DNA of 32,000 nucleotides from Oscillospiraceae bacterium (GTDB lineage Bacteria; Bacillota; Clostridia; Oscillospirales; Ruminococcaceae): NCBI GenBank assembly GCA_017436575.1, contig JAFSCU010000003.1, positions 63,073 to 95,072 of the forward strand, read 5' to 3'. Shown piece by piece: positions 30,197 to 32,000 of this stretch (position 1 is its first letter; each line of letters starts with the position of its first letter). The notes under the pieces were generated by a model. It saw only the letters and a program-made list of their open reading frames with translations, ran no database searches and was not told where the DNA came from. The position numbers and the translations under genes were made by a program.

Positions 30197-30225
30197 ATTA
30201 TACCTCATATGCAATACATTGTCAA
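30197..30225 (-). promoter_or_regulatory. consensus sigmaA promoter of the ATPase gene
   Basis: The minus strand reads TTGACA (30225-30220), a 17-nt spacer, then TATAAT (30202-30197). The -10 element lies 28 nt upstream of the ATG at 30169. Confidence 0.6.
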
Positions 30226-30226
30226 A

Positions 30227-30323
30227 GTTTATTCCCATTTCGGCAACTTCTTTGTGTTTTTGATAAGTTTATTCCCATTTCGGAATTATCTTTCGATTTC
30301 TTTACAGTTTATTCCCATTTCGG
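30227..30323. repeat. three 17-bp direct repeats at exact 40-bp phasing
   Basis: GTTTATTCCCATTTCGG occurs at 30227-30243, 30267-30283 and 30307-30323. The flanks are weakly conserved (..cAttTTCTTt). Copy 1 abuts the -35 element, and copy 3 lies inside the last codons of the helicase ORF. Confidence 0.85.
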
Positions 30324-32000
30324 CATTTTCTTCTACTCCTTCCACAATCTCATTCTCCTTCTTATCAAGATTCAACAAGATATTAAGTTCATTCAACCTT
30401 GCTGTCTTTTCAATAAGTTCCTGTTCCTGTGGAAATGGTTTATTAACTTCCTGTTTGGCATTTTCAAACTGAACTTTAGTATTTTCAAGCTGCTCCTGTG
30501 CTTTGCTTATCTTTTCAGTAATACTCTCCAGAACATTATCAATACGTTGAATATTGCCAAACACATCGGCGCCAAGCGTAACTTTATGCTGCATCTCATT
30601 TTTAAGAGTCATTATAAATTCTCTGTTCAATGAGTCATATTCCACATATGTTGTAAAACCTCTGTAACTACCAACTTCAACCTGCGAAGGACTGGTCATA
30701 GCTTTGCAAAACAAAAGAAGCTGTGTGCCAGCCTCTTTCTTTTCTGTGTATTCATTTCCATTGATAACCATAGGAAAAAAGCCGTCCTCGTTTGGTTTTG
30801 TATTCTCTGTAAGGCGTGTTTTATCTTTTTCCAGTCCATCAATTCTCTGCTCCAGATACTTGATTTCCTGTGGGAATGATTTAATAATCTGGTCTTCCAG
30901 AGCATACCTTTGACTTAGATGGTTTGCCTTAAGCAGTTTCAGCTTCTGCACAACAATATCCAAGTCCATCTTTTCCTTGATATATGGATTACCCGTGCAG
31001 AGTGCTTTGATTTCAGCATAAGACAAGGCCGTTTCATCAATATCCTCTGCAGAACGAACCGGAGATTTACTGGTCATAATCTGGCCTATAAATTTCTGTT
31101 TGCCCTCTACTAACTGATACAGATAACTGTCAAAAGTATTCTCTGTAACATAAGTGTAAATATCAACTTCTGCATTGGTATTGCCCTGACGGATAATTCT
31201 ACCTTCACGTTGCTGAAGGTCACTTGGCCTCCAAGGACAGTCCAGATGATGTAATGCCTTCAGCTTATGCTGTACATTTGTACCTGCACCCATTTTAAAG
31301 GTGGAACCAAGTAATACTCTTATCTGACCGGAACGAACTTTACCGAACATTTCCTTTTTCTGTACTTCTGTCTTGGCATCGTGAATAAAGGCTATCTCTT
31401 CTTCAGGTATGCCTTTTTCAATAAGTTTATTTCGTATATCATCATATACATTGAATTTACCATCATTATGCGGTGTAGATAAATCACAGAATATCATCTG
31501 TGTAGATTTATCAGCCATAGTATCCTGATAGATTTTGTAAACATTATCTGCACAGGCAGCAGTTTTACCTGTATCACTGCCCGGAAGCATATCATCAAGC
31601 AATCTCTGGTCCAGTGCCAGCTTTCTGCCGTCATTGGTGATAAGCAGCATATTATCTTCACTGCTGTTTACCATTTTGTTCCTTACTTTTTCAGCACGGT
31701 CTGATAATGCTTCAACCATCCTTTTCTGGTGTTCTGATGGCTTCAAAGTAACAATATGTCTGTTTGCTTTTGGTACAGGGAGATTGAGCATATCTGCAGT
31801 CTGAATATCTGCTGTTACCTTAAACATAGCCATAAGTTCAGGCAGATTGTAAAACTTGGCAAATCTGGTCTTTGCTCTGTAGCCACTGCCTTCCGGTGCA
31901 AGCTCAATAGCTGTTACAGTTTCTCCAAAAGTAGATGCCCAGGCATCAAAGTGCAACAGACCTTTATCTTTCAATGCTCCGTATTGCAAATATTTCTGCA
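30286..32000 (-). CDS. C-terminal part of a large SNF2/SF2 helicase-type conjugative-element protein; 5' end outside the window
   Basis: The frame is open to the right edge; the ORF-track start at 31989 is an internal TTG. Helicase C-terminal motifs are IRVLLGSTFKMGAGTNVQ and HHLDCPWRPSDLQQREGRIIRQGN. A coiled-coil tail follows. Confidence 0.85.
   Translation of the reverse strand, partial: QKYLQYGALKDKGLLHFDAWASTFGETVTAIELAPEGSGYRAKTRFAKFYNLPELMAMFKVTADIQTADMLNLPVPKANRHIVTLKPSEHQKRMVEALSDRAEKVRNKMVNSSEDNMLLITNDGRKLALDQRLLDDMLPGSDTGKTAACADNVYKIYQDTMADKSTQMIFCDLSTPHNDGKFNVYDDIRNKLIEKGIPEEEIAFIHDAKTEVQKKEMFGKVRSGQIRVLLGSTFKMGAGTNVQHKLKALHHLDCPWRPSDLQQREGRIIRQGNTNAEVDIYTYVTENTFDSYLYQLVEGKQKFIGQIMTSKSPVRSAEDIDETALSYAEIKALCTGNPYIKEKMDLDIVVQKLKLLKANHLSQRYALEDQIIKSFPQEIKYLEQRIDGLEKDKTRLTENTKPNEDGFFPMVINGNEYTEKKEAGTQLLLFCKAMTSPSQVEVGSYRGFTTYVEYDSLNREFIMTLKNEMQHKVTLGADVFGNIQRIDNVLESITEKISKAQEQLENTKVQFENAKQEVNKPFPQEQELIEKTARLNELNILLNLDKKENEIVEGVEENAEMGINCKEIER

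Larger units (their letters stand above)
14176..32000 (-). mobile_element. transfer (T4SS, relaxosome and accessory) region of a Firmicutes conjugative element (ICE or plasmid); ends not in the window
   Basis: Co-linear minus-strand genes encode a relaxase, MobC, VirD4, VirB4, VirB6-like, PrgI-like, Maff2, PcfB, a sortase, a Toprim primase-like protein and a large helicase. Many have overlapping start and stop codons. No integrase or att sites are visible. Confidence 0.85.

Noticed and set aside
30227-30323. The three regularly spaced repeats as a mini CRISPR array.
   Set aside because: The repeats are only 17 bp with 23-bp spacers, there are only three copies, the spacers are partly similar to each other, and no cas genes are present. 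A regulatory or iteron-like role fits better.
30140-30633. Plus-strand ORFs 30140..30472 and 30193..30633.
   Set aside because: They run antisense across the ATPase promoter, the repeat region and the helicase 3' end. Their translations are Phe/Ser/Leu-rich low-complexity sequence.
1-32000. A sortase substrate (LPxTG, NPxTG, SPxTG or PPxTG followed by a hydrophobic tail and basic residues) among the encoded proteins.
   Set aside because: None of the translated ORFs in the window ends with such a sorting signal. This is reported as an orphan sortase rather than by assigning a substrate.

Overview
This window looks like low-GC Firmicutes (Clostridia-like) accessory DNA in three blocks. All domain calls come from reading motifs by eye; no database search was possible.

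(1) 14.2-32.0 kb, all on the minus strand, is the transfer region of a conjugative element with a Gram-positive type IV secretion system (T4SS). In order it encodes an SNF2-type helicase C-terminus (cut by the window edge), a DUF4143 ATPase, a Toprim/DUF3991 primase-like protein, a YodL/DUF3846 protein, MobC, a relaxase, PcfB, an ArdC-like protein, the VirD4 coupling protein, Maff2, a VirB6-like protein, a PrgI-like protein, VirB4, a class B sortase and a CD1108-like membrane protein. A candidate oriT lies upstream of mobC, and several AT-rich accessory genes are inserted.

(2) 5.4-14.1 kb is the most unusual part. It holds a TcdR/UviA-like alternative sigma factor, a TcdE-family holin, an Xre regulator and a membrane-anchored protein of unknown function. 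It also holds two peptidoglycan hydrolases with no signal peptide, both fused to ricin-type beta-trefoil lectin modules: a 1537-aa lectin-amidase and a 400-aa lectin-M23 peptidase. The sigma, holin and both hydrolase genes each carry the same non-sigmaA promoter-like motif, TTTACA-N16-CTCYTTA. The layout mirrors the C. difficile PaLoc and the C. perfringens uviA-uviB-bcn locus, but the cargo is bacteriolysin-like.

(3) 0-5.3 kb is very AT-rich. It encodes a permease-like membrane protein (5' end outside the window), one secreted protein and two lipoproteins, followed by about 0.9 kb with no convincing gene.

No rRNA, tRNA, CRISPR array, integrase or transposase was seen.
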